Shown here: positions 6,969 through 16,295 of the stretch, piece by piece
Numbering within the stretch: position 1 is the first letter of the stretch
Layout of the letters: the number at the start of each line of letters is the position of its first letter
Assembly: GCA_003694965.1 (NCBI GenBank)
Contig: RFJG01000064.1
Coordinates: 1 to 29,385 of the forward strand
DNA: 29,385 nucleotides
Direction: 5' to 3'
DNA from: Methanobacteriota archaeon
GTDB lineage: Archaea; Micrarchaeota; Micrarchaeia; Anstonellales; J096
The notes under the pieces: generated by a model
Told to the model about the DNA's origin: nothing
What the model saw: only the letters and a program-made list of their open reading frames with translations
Database searches by the model: none
Position numbers and translations under genes: made by a program

Positions 6969-9900
6969 GTGAAAAGGCTGTTTTTCGCATTCCTGCTAAT
7001 AAGCATGGCATTCAGCGCAAACTTATTCATAAATGCTAGTGTAGGGGAGAGTAACACGAGCGTATGGATATTCCCCTACATATTCAATTCAACATCGCCC
7101 GTTAATGCTTTCAGCATGGCAGAAATAAGGAATTTTGATTTTAAGATAAATGCAATATCGCCCGATAAGAAAGATAGCGTCAATGTTGATTGCCATAATA
7201 AGCAACTACTCTCATCTACATTGAAAGTAGATGTTGGAGAGGTTATTCTCAACGGCGTTGAATGTAGCTTTCCTACGCCAGACATACTAAAAAATGGTTG
7301 TGGCTATGTTCAAGTTAGCAGCTCCGCAAACATAGGCGGGGAATTGGTAAAGGCTGGGCCATCACAAGTCATTGCTTGCTATGAAAAATTAAGCTACCCG
7401 GACAGGGCTGTCATAATCTCAAACCAAGGGCACTATGTTGATTTCACTAATCCCATATGCTTCACGGCATTGTTGGTAGCGGCGTTGTTCATAGCTGCAT
7501 TCTATGCAAAGGGAGGAGGAAGCATAACATCATTGTATGACCTCGTCTACCCAAGAATGCTTAAGATGCCTCAAGTTGCCTACACACTAAGAGGGCCGTC
7601 TCCAATAGGGGCACTGGCAAAGGGCCTCGCAAAGGGAAAGGCAGAAGCTCTTAACGCAGCAGCGCTTAGGTTGGGTCTTGGCGTGGGAGCTAGCGAAGAT
7701 ACAGTACTAGATGGGATAAGGAAGGCAGTGGGGAAGCCAGGAGCAACCATAGAGGACTTGGCAAATTTCTTCGCTGATGAGAAGAATAGGGAAATGTACG
7801 ATGATGCATATGGAGCTTTCCGTCTCTATATGACATACAAGAATATGGGAACTGGAAGCCTCGGCATAATCGGAAATAAGAGAGTGAAGAAAGTAGAGTG
7901 GGATTGGTACAAGAAATATGCAGGAAAAGTGAAAACGGGATGGGAAAAATTGCCAAGCCATGTAAGGACGCCGATAACGTGGAGCTTCTTGCCACTAAAG
8001 CACCTCTATAGAGGAGTGAAGATGGGTTTCTGGGGGATACGGGGCGCTGCGAGGCTCGTTGGGCAGATGTCTGGCGTAGTGCCGGCAGGTGCTGGATTTT
8101 ATAGGGGGATGAAGAGAGCAGAAATTGAGAAAGGCAAAAGGATACCATTAGAGGAAGGCAGTAAGGTAAGCAAATGGATTGGCAGTAAACTCAAGGCAAG
8201 CCATATGGCTATGTCAAAAGAGCACTTGCTTTGGAATCCCATAAAACACATAAATGCAGAAGCAAAAATCGCAGAGGAAGCCTTGATGGAACAGCTCTTT
8301 ATGAACGGCCTCTATTGGTTAGCAACAGAGGAGGGGAGAGCACACTATGCCAAATACTTGGAAGAGATGGGCAACATAGACATCGTTAATAAGAAGCGGG
8401 AGGAAAATGAAAAGCACGCAAGCAATGCAAGGAAAGAGTTGGAGGAGTTCTTCAAGAGCATAGAGAAGAGGGACATAGAGAGAATATGGGAGATGACAAG
8501 AGAGCTTAATGAAGCGAACTTGGATGCTTACCTTTCTCTTGTAGGAGGTTATAGCTCAGAATATGCGGAGTTAATAGGGAAACTCAGAGACATATACAGA
8601 GAGGGAGAGGAGAACATAAGGAACCTCTACCTCTTGGATTTTGTTGCTGATGAGTATGCTGACGGCATTAGAGAACTGGGCCTCCATTCAAGGTTCAGCA
8701 AGGATGAGGACATAATAACAAGAGAGGGTCTTGGCAACCTTGCCACTGAGAGTATGTACAACTACATGGAGTATGTGTATGGTGCACCAGACTACGAAAA
8801 GGCAGCAGCCAATGGTATTGATACTGCCATAGCGGAGGCCATAAATGCGATGTATGGGATAAGCTCAGAAGGGAACAACGTTGAGAGGTACTACAGCGCT
8901 ATGGACGAGAGAAATAGTTTTAAGAATGAAATAAAAAACGCTAAGGAGCATGATGAATGGGCAAGGTCTCTATTATCAAGAGTGTTTGAGAGGGAAGGAT
9001 TTACAGTAAGCGATAGGGAGCTCTATAAGTTCCTAAGTGCTAAACAAGAGCTGAAAGAGCACATAAGAAACTTGGCAGCGAGCGAAGATGAGAAAAGAGT
9101 AATGAAAAAGTTCGCGGATTACATAGCAGTGTCAGCAAAGACAAAGGTTAGGGAGCCTTGGAAAAAGAGCGCCATAGGGAAGAGGTGGAATTTCGTAACA
9201 AATGATATGGCGAAGAAAGCTGAGAAACTATCTTCCTCGTCTGTTGGGAAGGCAATAAGCTTGTTGTTTGATGAGTCTTTCAATACAAGAGTTGGGATGG
9301 CGTCAGCATTTGTGAAAGGAGAAAGAGGATATGTTGAGGGAGCAATAGGAACTGGCAAGGTCAGGGACATAAAAGCTGTAGAAGGGGAGATCAGCAAAAT
9401 AGTAGGGGACGCCATTAGTAGGATGGGTGTTAGCGCAAGCGCCTCATACTTGGATAACCTTAAGAACACCATAATGGTTGAGATTGTGAAGCAGGGAGGG
9501 GAAAATGCCAGTGCAATAAAGAGCATAATTGAAAAGAACTTGAGGGAGGTAGCTAGAGACTATGCCCGCACTGGGAAGAAGGTAGACAAGAAGATGCTCA
9601 AAGCACTTGAACAAGAAATACATAATATGGCAAAAGACATAGAAGCGGCTGCTGGAAACATAAGTAAATCCGGCACAATAGAAGTAAGGTATAGAACAGC
9701 TCTTGATGGAGAATACTCCATCAGGATTAGGAGCCTTATGACAATAGAGGCGTCAGATAGGAATTGGAAAGGATATGACAGCATAAGGACGACGAGAGAC
9801 CTTGCTATGCATTTTATGATATATGGAGCTAAGAAGTTGGGCGAGGAGAAGAGCTTGAAGGAAGTTATGGATTACTTGAGCGATGAGAAGAACTTAACAA

Positions 9901-12281
9901 TAGATGATTGGGAGATGAACCAGAGCATAAAGAGCGGGAAGCTTGCTTGGCTGGAAGTTGCTAACAGCATGTTTATGCCTATGTTTACTAACGGTTCCAA
10001 CAACGAATCTGTTGAGACTATAAATAAGCTGTTCAAGGATAAGAGCAGTATAGCATCAAAGTTTGAGGAGAGGGTTAAGCTCGGAGGAGTACTGAATACA
10101 ATAAGCAATATACCAGACCTAAAAGTAATAGGACTTGGCCAAATATACGCTGTTGCGAGCGTTAATGGAATACTCAATGTTGAAAAAAACTTGGAGATAT
10201 ATCCCTCATCAGTTGAAGACCTAAAAAGGATCTCTGCACTTCTTGAGAAGAGGGGCGATAGCGCAGGCGCCGCAGAGGTGCTCTTATTGGTTGACAAGAT
10301 CAACGATGAGAGCTTGAGCCACAACGACAGGGCAATAGTGAAGAAGGTTATGGAAAAAACAAAATCATTGATAGAGGAAGGGGAGCTAGACTTATTTGAG
10401 GCTGCTAGGATAGGTTATAGCTATGGACACAGCACTGGAGATTACAGCCTCGTCTTTAACAAGGACATAAGCGGCGTTGTGGTAGGAACAACAAGAGAAG
10501 TTGCTGACGAGATAAAGAGGGTTGGAGAGAGCGGCACAGGAGTAGCCAACAAAGTTAGCGTCCTTTTTGAGAATATGAAAATGAAAGGGGAGATGCTAAG
10601 GCAGGGAATAGGAGAGTCGCTGGAGGCTTTCTCTTTTGCTTTGATGCCTATGAGGGATGTTGAGATTTTCATGCCATACAATGAAGTTACAAAGCACCAC
10701 GCGTTGAGTGTTGTGGAGTATTTTGAGAAGGAACTCCGCAACCTTGACAATGAAAAGGCAGGTGCCAACAGCCTCCTCTCTAAATTAAAGGCAGAGGCAA
10801 AAGCCTTGAGAGTAAAGAAAAAGAACGACCCAACAAATACATTGCTGGCAAAACAGTTGGAGGACAAGGAAAAGGAGATAGAGAGAGCAGAGAAGGAAAT
10901 AAAGAGGCTGGAGAAGAAGAAGGAAAGGATAGAAGCTAGTAAGAAGAGCATAGATAGCTATATAGATAGTATGTCGTTCTACGCAACTAGGGATAATTTC
11001 TACATATACAATGGTTGGTTTGGCTCAAAGGAGGCCAGATTAGCTAAGCAGCAGCACATGAGAGGGACATATGCGGGAGGAGCACTCCTAACTAGAGACA
11101 TAATGCATAGTCAAGGGGGCATAACACTGAGGCCATCTGAGATACCCATGGGGTTCCTTACTAGCGGAGGCATAATGTTTAAGTTGATGAAATTAGGGGC
11201 TTTCATAGGAGAGCCTTTCAGGAAGTTCCAAAAACTCGCGAGTGAGGCGCTGCTCCAACCATACATAAGCCCGTCTGGATATGATGTGAAATACGAAGCA
11301 GATAGGGAGATGATGAAAAATAGTAGGAATGCTGGCATAGACAGCGCATTTATGGAGGGAGTGCAGAGGGCCAAAGATGTATATGAGCACCCACTAAAGC
11401 AAAGAGTTGATATGGCAAGGGCTAGGTCGTTGAGAGGGTTTGTAGAAACGATAACTGGGACGTTCCTGCCCATAGGAGCAATAGCAGCGGCGATAGCAAG
11501 TGGGCCTACAGCGACAATAACTGCGGGAGTTGCATTAGGAGCCTATCCTTTAGTTAATAAGCTATTCAAGAAAATGACTGGCAGCCCTTACAGCCTCTAT
11601 GAGTGGTTCTTAGACAGGTTTAGCAAGGAGACATTCAAGACAGCTATGGATTTGGAAGACCTAACTTGGAGGGCAACTGTTGGATTGGTTGACTACTCTT
11701 GGTACTCTAGAGAGATGGGGGAGGTTATGGGAGGAGGAGCGAAGGCCATCCCTGGCTTAAGCTATCACCAATACACTAGCGGGGAGTATGCACTTAATGA
11801 ACCAACAGCAATAGCATACAATAGGATGGCCAAAAATATGGGGCCCGGTTACAATCCTTTTGAAGTGCCCGAGAATAAGTATGGCTTTGGAGCTGTGAGA
11901 TACAATAAGAGTATATTGAGGAGAGTGGAGGAGCAGAACAAGGAAATGGAAGGAACTGGTCCTGCCTACAACTTCGCATTTGGGCTTTTCTCCCCCGCTC
12001 TATTCATAAACTATCTTACGCCCAAGATAACGAGGAAAGCAGCGATGTACAGGGCTATGCCTGGCAAGGCATTGGCAAAGGACTTAACAGCTGTTGCAAC
12101 AACTGCTGCAGCAATATACACTGTTGGACCCCTTGGGCCTCTTGCTATGGGAAGCGCTTATGTGGCTGCTGAGATGGGGATACATGGAGACAAAGTGCTA
12201 TGTCCAAGGTGTAGGAAAGAGAAGAAAAGAGGACAGCACTGTCCTGTATGTGGATTTAAGCCAGCATCGCCATCTATCTAA
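6969..12281 (+). CDS. Giant (1770 aa) membrane protein: signal peptide, small Cys-containing ectodomain, TM helix, long helical/coiled-coil body, C-terminal Zn ribbon
   Basis: Signal peptide MKRLFFAFLLISMAFSA; TM CFTALLVAALFIAAFYA (~7458-7508); coiled coil ~10720-10950; CPRC..CPVC at 12201-12251. No family recognised with certainty. Confidence 0.85.
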   Translation: MKRLFFAFLLISMAFSANLFINASVGESNTSVWIFPYIFNSTSPVNAFSMAEIRNFDFKINAISPDKKDSVNVDCHNKQLLSSTLKVDVGEVILNGVECSFPTPDILKNGCGYVQVSSSANIGGELVKAGPSQVIACYEKLSYPDRAVIISNQGHYVDFTNPICFTALLVAALFIAAFYAKGGGSITSLYDLVYPRMLKMPQVAYTLRGPSPIGALAKGLAKGKAEALNAAALRLGLGVGASEDTVLDGIRKAVGKPGATIEDLANFFADEKNREMYDDAYGAFRLYMTYKNMGTGSLGIIGNKRVKKVEWDWYKKYAGKVKTGWEKLPSHVRTPITWSFLPLKHLYRGVKMGFWGIRGAARLVGQMSGVVPAGAGFYRGMKRAEIEKGKRIPLEEGSKVSKWIGSKLKASHMAMSKEHLLWNPIKHINAEAKIAEEALMEQLFMNGLYWLATEEGRAHYAKYLEEMGNIDIVNKKREENEKHASNARKELEEFFKSIEKRDIERIWEMTRELNEANLDAYLSLVGGYSSEYAELIGKLRDIYREGEENIRNLYLLDFVADEYADGIRELGLHSRFSKDEDIITREGLGNLATESMYNYMEYVYGAPDYEKAAANGIDTAIAEAINAMYGISSEGNNVERYYSAMDERNSFKNEIKNAKEHDEWARSLLSRVFEREGFTVSDRELYKFLSAKQELKEHIRNLAASEDEKRVMKKFADYIAVSAKTKVREPWKKSAIGKRWNFVTNDMAKKAEKLSSSSVGKAISLLFDESFNTRVGMASAFVKGERGYVEGAIGTGKVRDIKAVEGEISKIVGDAISRMGVSASASYLDNLKNTIMVEIVKQGGENASAIKSIIEKNLREVARDYARTGKKVDKKMLKALEQEIHNMAKDIEAAAGNISKSGTIEVRYRTALDGEYSIRIRSLMTIEASDRNWKGYDSIRTTRDLAMHFMIYGAKKLGEEKSLKEVMDYLSDEKNLTIDDWEMNQSIKSGKLAWLEVANSMFMPMFTNGSNNESVETINKLFKDKSSIASKFEERVKLGGVLNTISNIPDLKVIGLGQIYAVASVNGILNVEKNLEIYPSSVEDLKRISALLEKRGDSAGAAEVLLLVDKINDESLSHNDRAIVKKVMEKTKSLIEEGELDLFEAARIGYSYGHSTGDYSLVFNKDISGVVVGTTREVADEIKRVGESGTGVANKVSVLFENMKMKGEMLRQGIGESLEAFSFALMPMRDVEIFMPYNEVTKHHALSVVEYFEKELRNLDNEKAGANSLLSKLKAEAKALRVKKKNDPTNTLLAKQLEDKEKEIERAEKEIKRLEKKKERIEASKKSIDSYIDSMSFYATRDNFYIYNGWFGSKEARLAKQQHMRGTYAGGALLTRDIMHSQGGITLRPSEIPMGFLTSGGIMFKLMKLGAFIGEPFRKFQKLASEALLQPYISPSGYDVKYEADREMMKNSRNAGIDSAFMEGVQRAKDVYEHPLKQRVDMARARSLRGFVETITGTFLPIGAIAAAIASGPTATITAGVALGAYPLVNKLFKKMTGSPYSLYEWFLDRFSKETFKTAMDLEDLTWRATVGLVDYSWYSREMGEVMGGGAKAIPGLSYHQYTSGEYALNEPTAIAYNRMAKNMGPGYNPFEVPENKYGFGAVRYNKSILRRVEEQNKEMEGTGPAYNFAFGLFSPALFINYLTPKITRKAAMYRAMPGKALAKDLTAVATTAAAIYTVGPLGPLAMGSAYVAAEMGIHGDKVLCPRCRKEKKRGQHCPVCGFKPASPSI

Positions 12282-12288
12282 CATACGA

Positions 12289-15200
12289 TTAATCCTTGAA
12301 CCTCTTTATCCTCCTCTTGGGGATTTCCTTTTTCTTGAATAGCCTGTCCTTATAGAGGTAGAGACCAGCACCGATTGCTATTACCCCCAATACCGCATAG
12401 GGGTAGTAGTCGCTCAAGTCCTTCATTGGAGGCGCTAAGTTGGCTGCGTTCTTCTTCATCTGGGAAGTGATGCTCAACACCTTGACATACTGTCCCTCAT
12501 CCAAAGCGCTCTTCGCAAGGGAGAGGCTCTTGCCGTACTGCTCCTCACTTATGCCAGAGCTCCTCAAATAGTTCTCCGTGTTGTCTATCTCTGAAGAGGC
12601 TGCTTCCTTCAAGGAATCCTTAGCTCTGTTGATCTCCGACAGGAGGGACTCGCCTTTCTTTGTTAGCATTGCCTTTTGCCTCGCTGTTTTGGCAGATGAT
12701 ATTAGCTTAAGCTTGTTCTTGAAGTAAGAAGAGGAAAATGGCAAATATTCTTCCAGATCGTTCTTCTTGGCTTCTCTCTCCATCTCCTCGTAGCCAGCTA
12801 TGGCATCTGAGAGCTTTGCCATTACAGAAGAGTATGCCATATCTATGTCCTTGCTCTTGTCCTTGTAGCTCCCTACGATGGCCTCCGCACTATCCAGTGC
12901 CTTAGCAGCCTTAGAGAGTGAAACTATATCATACGAGCTCTTGGCCTTCCTGTGCTCTGCCTCAAACTCCTTGAAGGAGTCCTCTAGCGTTGTGTTCTTT
13001 GGCATTGATTTGAGATAGTCCTTCTTGAGGTTGTAGTATTTCTTCCATAGCTGAGATGAGGTAAGGGACACATAGCGCTTAACCCAACTCTTATCATATG
13101 TGGATGCGTTGCTAGTTTCCAGCTCCTTCTCCTTGTCTGAGAGCTCTGAAGACAAACTACTTCCAACAGAAACTGCTTTTTTGAGGTTTGCCACATCAGC
13201 CTCTATTGTTTTTTGGAGCTCTTCCTCAACTGCTTTCTTCTCCTCACTTATCTTATTGTCTTTTTCTATTGTGTCTGATAGGTTCTTAGCCTTTTCCAAA
13301 GCCACATCATAGAAGCCAGAGACCTGTAAATTCTTTATCTCCTGTAATGTGTCGTTGTACTCTGGAGCAGCTGTGCTCTCTAATGATGTGAGGAGTGTTG
13401 AGAGCTCTTTGTTGACATCGTCAACCTTTGTCTTCAATGTGAAAACATATGTTTTTCCTGCCTCAAGATTACTTAAAACAAGGGAAGAACCCTCCATCTC
13501 ATAGGATGGGCCATCCTCTACCTCATAACCATTTATGTTGACAACTGCCCTAGTTATGTCGTATTGTGGAGAGATGGTCATCTGCTCCCTGCATAGTGTC
13601 TCGCCAGAAGTTGTAGCACAGGACAACGTAGTGTTGGAGATGTCTAAGAGTTTTTTCTTTTCTAGCATTTTTATTGTGTGGAAGCCTTTGTCAAGATTAA
13701 TCGTTTTTCGCGTTCCCTTGAATTGCCCATCAACATAAACAGAGCAGTCGCAACCAACATCCAAAGTGGAGTCAACAATAGCTTCAACATCATACTCCCT
13801 GCTAAGTTGTCCCTCCTCTCCATCTGCTTCCGCACTCTCATTAAGGGAGATCTGCCTTATGAATTTGTCCTTCTTAACTATGTCAGCTGTAAGGGACTCA
13901 TACGGCTCTATGTAGGGGATCCTCCACAGTATGTTGTCTCCTGTTATGACATAGCCCCTATCAACGTTGACCTCTTCTGTATAAAACTCTCCTTGTATGG
14001 GGATCGTTTTCTCAACATCAGTGAAGCGGTAGTTGAGAGGATTAGTAATTATCGCCCTTGCTTCAAGCGTTCCTTCCTCATCTATGGAGACAAGAGGCCT
14101 ATCATACATTAGCTCTACCTTGACGGCTGAGAAGGAAGTGGCCAAGCGCTCTTCTATCGTTGATATGCTATCCTTGTAGAAATTCTCCAACTCCAACAGC
14201 TTGCCCATATTGCTCCTTATGAAGTCACTATCTACTTTTACGGCATTGCCCTCCAATGTGGTTTTCTTGGAAGCTATGTCGCTATACGTGCCAGTTGCCA
14301 TCAAACTCTCCAACTCTTCTTTGTATGTCTGAAGAGAGGAGAAGCGTGAGTAGGCCTTGGAAAGTATTGAATCCTCTACAGAAGACAACAAGGCATACTT
14401 ATCTATGTATGACTTGGAGGAGCTGTCTATTGAAGATAGTTGGGATTTCTCTAATGAAACATCCAATCCATCCTTAGATGCTCGCGATAGGAGGTCCTTA
14501 ACCTCATCAACCAATGAGAGGTACTCGTCTTTTTTCATAGGTGGTTTTGCCGCAACAGCATCCAACATGCTGTCTATGCGGACATACTCCTTATAGCGGG
14601 AGCCGAGTTTTGGTTCTCCGTCTGCATTGGAAAGCATATCCTTGTATTTCTCGACATCATAGCCTTGGGAAAGCAAGCTGTCCATCTTGGAAATGAGCCT
14701 CTCCCTGAATTTTGAGAGGACTGTCTTGGCATGCTCAACTATGTGTGGCTCTTGAGAGAGGAGCTCATTATATGTGGAGAGCCCCTCATATATATCATAA
14801 GAGTAGTTGGCAGCCCCTATTGACTCCATACTATCTATAGTTGAGAGGAAAAGTTCCGCGGATTTAATGTTATTGTCTAAGTCGTTGTATTCCTCGGCGA
14901 CTGTCTTTGTAGAGGAGACCGCCCCTTCTAAGTAAAGGGCATCTATATAGAAAGCCTCCTGCCTATATGCCTCTAACCTCTTCTCTTTCATATAATCAAT
15001 CCTCGTGGAGAGGTTGAGCTTCATCGCCTCCACATCTGTGTAGTAAGTTGCTAAATCGCTATTATATGTATCGGCCAATGAGGAAACTCTTGTTGTGAAA
15101 TTGTGCGCTTTCTCTATAATGTCAAAGGCGTCGCCAAAATAAGGATAATCCTGTCCTTCCAAGTCCTTGGATGTGTTAGTTATTGCTAAAAGCTCCCGGC

Positions 15201-16158
15201 CATTGTATTGGATAGATGAGAGCTCCTCTTTCAGCGTAGCGCAAGATACTGCCCCAGGACCTGTGTAGTCTTTGTTGCAGAAACCCCTGTTGGAAGCATC
15301 CTCATACATAGATATGAGTTCCTGCCTAGCTAAATCTGCATTCTGTATGGCTAGCGACATCGCATCTTGTGTACCTGCCCACGCAAGCTTGTACTTGTCA
15401 GAGTAGAGCTTACACGATGTCTTGGCATCTGTTATAGAAGAGAGGCCGTCCAACACAATTTGGCCTACATCACTCACAAGAAGCACGGGGTTTGCTGTTG
15501 CGATGGCTGCAGACATTAGTAGGAAAGATGGCAACTCAGAGGATGTCAAGGAACGTGTGTTGCCAGAGCTAACAAGCCTATAATGTGTCGTGTAATATGT
15601 ATGGGTCTTATTGTTTACTGTCTTCGTGTGGCTTGTCTCGTACGTATCAACATAATAGCCAAGGGATGGCTCCATTACTGAATTGTAGGAAGATAGGGAA
15701 CTAAGTTGGGATTCCGACATAGAAGTGAGTGAACTTGTTAGAGGGTCCAAAAATGAACCCTTCATATCTATGGTCTTGTCTAAGTTGAATATGAACATTG
15801 CATCACACACATTGTAGTGGGAGATGGCTGCCTGAGCCTCTGCTTTGGCAGCACTAAGGCTATCATATATGCTACTATTGAGGTATGTTGGTATGTCATA
15901 AGCAAGCAATGGGTTGAGGTTGTTCCTCGTAGCTGTCGGATTTGCTATGAGTTGCCCATCAAGGTAGGTGTAGTATTTCCAGGAGGGGTCGTTGAGTTTT
16001 AGGGTAATCTGGGGGTTGAGGGGTTCGGAGTAATTATACTGCATAGTTAGAGGAGAGCTTGTTGTTGGTGTTGTTGGTGTTGTTGAAGAGCCATTTGAAC
16101 CAGAAGCAAAGAGAAGGCTAAGCATAAGGATAAATGTCAGCATATGAGTGAATCTCAT
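12289..16158 (-). CDS. Large (1289 aa) secreted, C-terminally anchored surface protein with coiled coils and a central beta-rich region
   Basis: Signal peptide MRFTHMLTFILMLSLLFA, S/T/P linker, at least a dozen N-x-S/T sequons, C-terminal TM YAVLGVIAIGAGLYLY and basic tail KKKEIPKRRIKRFKD. Confidence 0.85.
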   Translation of the reverse strand: MRFTHMLTFILMLSLLFASGSNGSSTTPTTPTTSSPLTMQYNYSEPLNPQITLKLNDPSWKYYTYLDGQLIANPTATRNNLNPLLAYDIPTYLNSSIYDSLSAAKAEAQAAISHYNVCDAMFIFNLDKTIDMKGSFLDPLTSSLTSMSESQLSSLSSYNSVMEPSLGYYVDTYETSHTKTVNNKTHTYYTTHYRLVSSGNTRSLTSSELPSFLLMSAAIATANPVLLVSDVGQIVLDGLSSITDAKTSCKLYSDKYKLAWAGTQDAMSLAIQNADLARQELISMYEDASNRGFCNKDYTGPGAVSCATLKEELSSIQYNGRELLAITNTSKDLEGQDYPYFGDAFDIIEKAHNFTTRVSSLADTYNSDLATYYTDVEAMKLNLSTRIDYMKEKRLEAYRQEAFYIDALYLEGAVSSTKTVAEEYNDLDNNIKSAELFLSTIDSMESIGAANYSYDIYEGLSTYNELLSQEPHIVEHAKTVLSKFRERLISKMDSLLSQGYDVEKYKDMLSNADGEPKLGSRYKEYVRIDSMLDAVAAKPPMKKDEYLSLVDEVKDLLSRASKDGLDVSLEKSQLSSIDSSSKSYIDKYALLSSVEDSILSKAYSRFSSLQTYKEELESLMATGTYSDIASKKTTLEGNAVKVDSDFIRSNMGKLLELENFYKDSISTIEERLATSFSAVKVELMYDRPLVSIDEEGTLEARAIITNPLNYRFTDVEKTIPIQGEFYTEEVNVDRGYVITGDNILWRIPYIEPYESLTADIVKKDKFIRQISLNESAEADGEEGQLSREYDVEAIVDSTLDVGCDCSVYVDGQFKGTRKTINLDKGFHTIKMLEKKKLLDISNTTLSCATTSGETLCREQMTISPQYDITRAVVNINGYEVEDGPSYEMEGSSLVLSNLEAGKTYVFTLKTKVDDVNKELSTLLTSLESTAAPEYNDTLQEIKNLQVSGFYDVALEKAKNLSDTIEKDNKISEEKKAVEEELQKTIEADVANLKKAVSVGSSLSSELSDKEKELETSNASTYDKSWVKRYVSLTSSQLWKKYYNLKKDYLKSMPKNTTLEDSFKEFEAEHRKAKSSYDIVSLSKAAKALDSAEAIVGSYKDKSKDIDMAYSSVMAKLSDAIAGYEEMEREAKKNDLEEYLPFSSSYFKNKLKLISSAKTARQKAMLTKKGESLLSEINRAKDSLKEAASSEIDNTENYLRSSGISEEQYGKSLSLAKSALDEGQYVKVLSITSQMKKNAANLAPPMKDLSDYYPYAVLGVIAIGAGLYLYKDRLFKKKEIPKRRIKRFKD
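16060..16085. repeat. Coding 9-bp tandem repeat (TGTTGTTGG, about 3 copies) encoding a TTP linker
   Basis: Read directly; encodes STTPTTPTTSS just after the signal peptide of 12289..16158. Confidence 0.7.
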
Positions 16159-16180
16159 AAATTATAGATAATTGAAGTTA

Positions 16181-16188
16181 TTTATAAA
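16181..16188 (-). promoter_or_regulatory. TATA box for the surface protein gene; leaderless geometry
   Basis: TTTATAAA lies 22 nt before ATG16158, with an A-rich BRE-like stretch upstream on the - strand. Confidence 0.65.
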
Positions 16189-16217
16189 TGTTTTTAGTGT
16201 TGGCAATGTGGAGGTGT

Positions 16218-16243
16218 TGGGCTTGGTGGGCTTGGTGGGTTTG
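16218..16243. repeat. Intergenic 9-bp tandem repeat TGGGCTTGG (about 3 copies)
   Basis: TGGGCTTGG TGGGCTTGG TGGGTTTG read directly between the divergent promoters. Confidence 0.7.
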
Positions 16244-16267
16244 TTGAGTAGGGCTAGGAATAAGGAA

Positions 16268-16274
16268 TATAAAA
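16268..16274 (+). promoter_or_regulatory. TATA box for gatD
   Basis: TATAAAA lies 21 nt before ATG16296. Confidence 0.55.
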
Positions 16275-16295
16275 GCTACATGGGAATATAATTAA

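Noticed and set aside
9330-9362. P-loop-like YVEGAIGTGKV in the giant protein
   Set aside because: It matches GxxGxGK but lacks Ser/Thr after Lys. No Walker B or alternating alpha/beta context is visible, so it is probably chance.
6969-12281. Tape-measure protein of a provirus
   Set aside because: It has a signal peptide and ectodomain, and there are no capsid, terminase, portal, integrase or att-like features nearby.
16060-16243. CRISPR array or other long repeat array
   Set aside because: The repeats are 9 bp, directly tandem, without spacers, and no cas genes are present.
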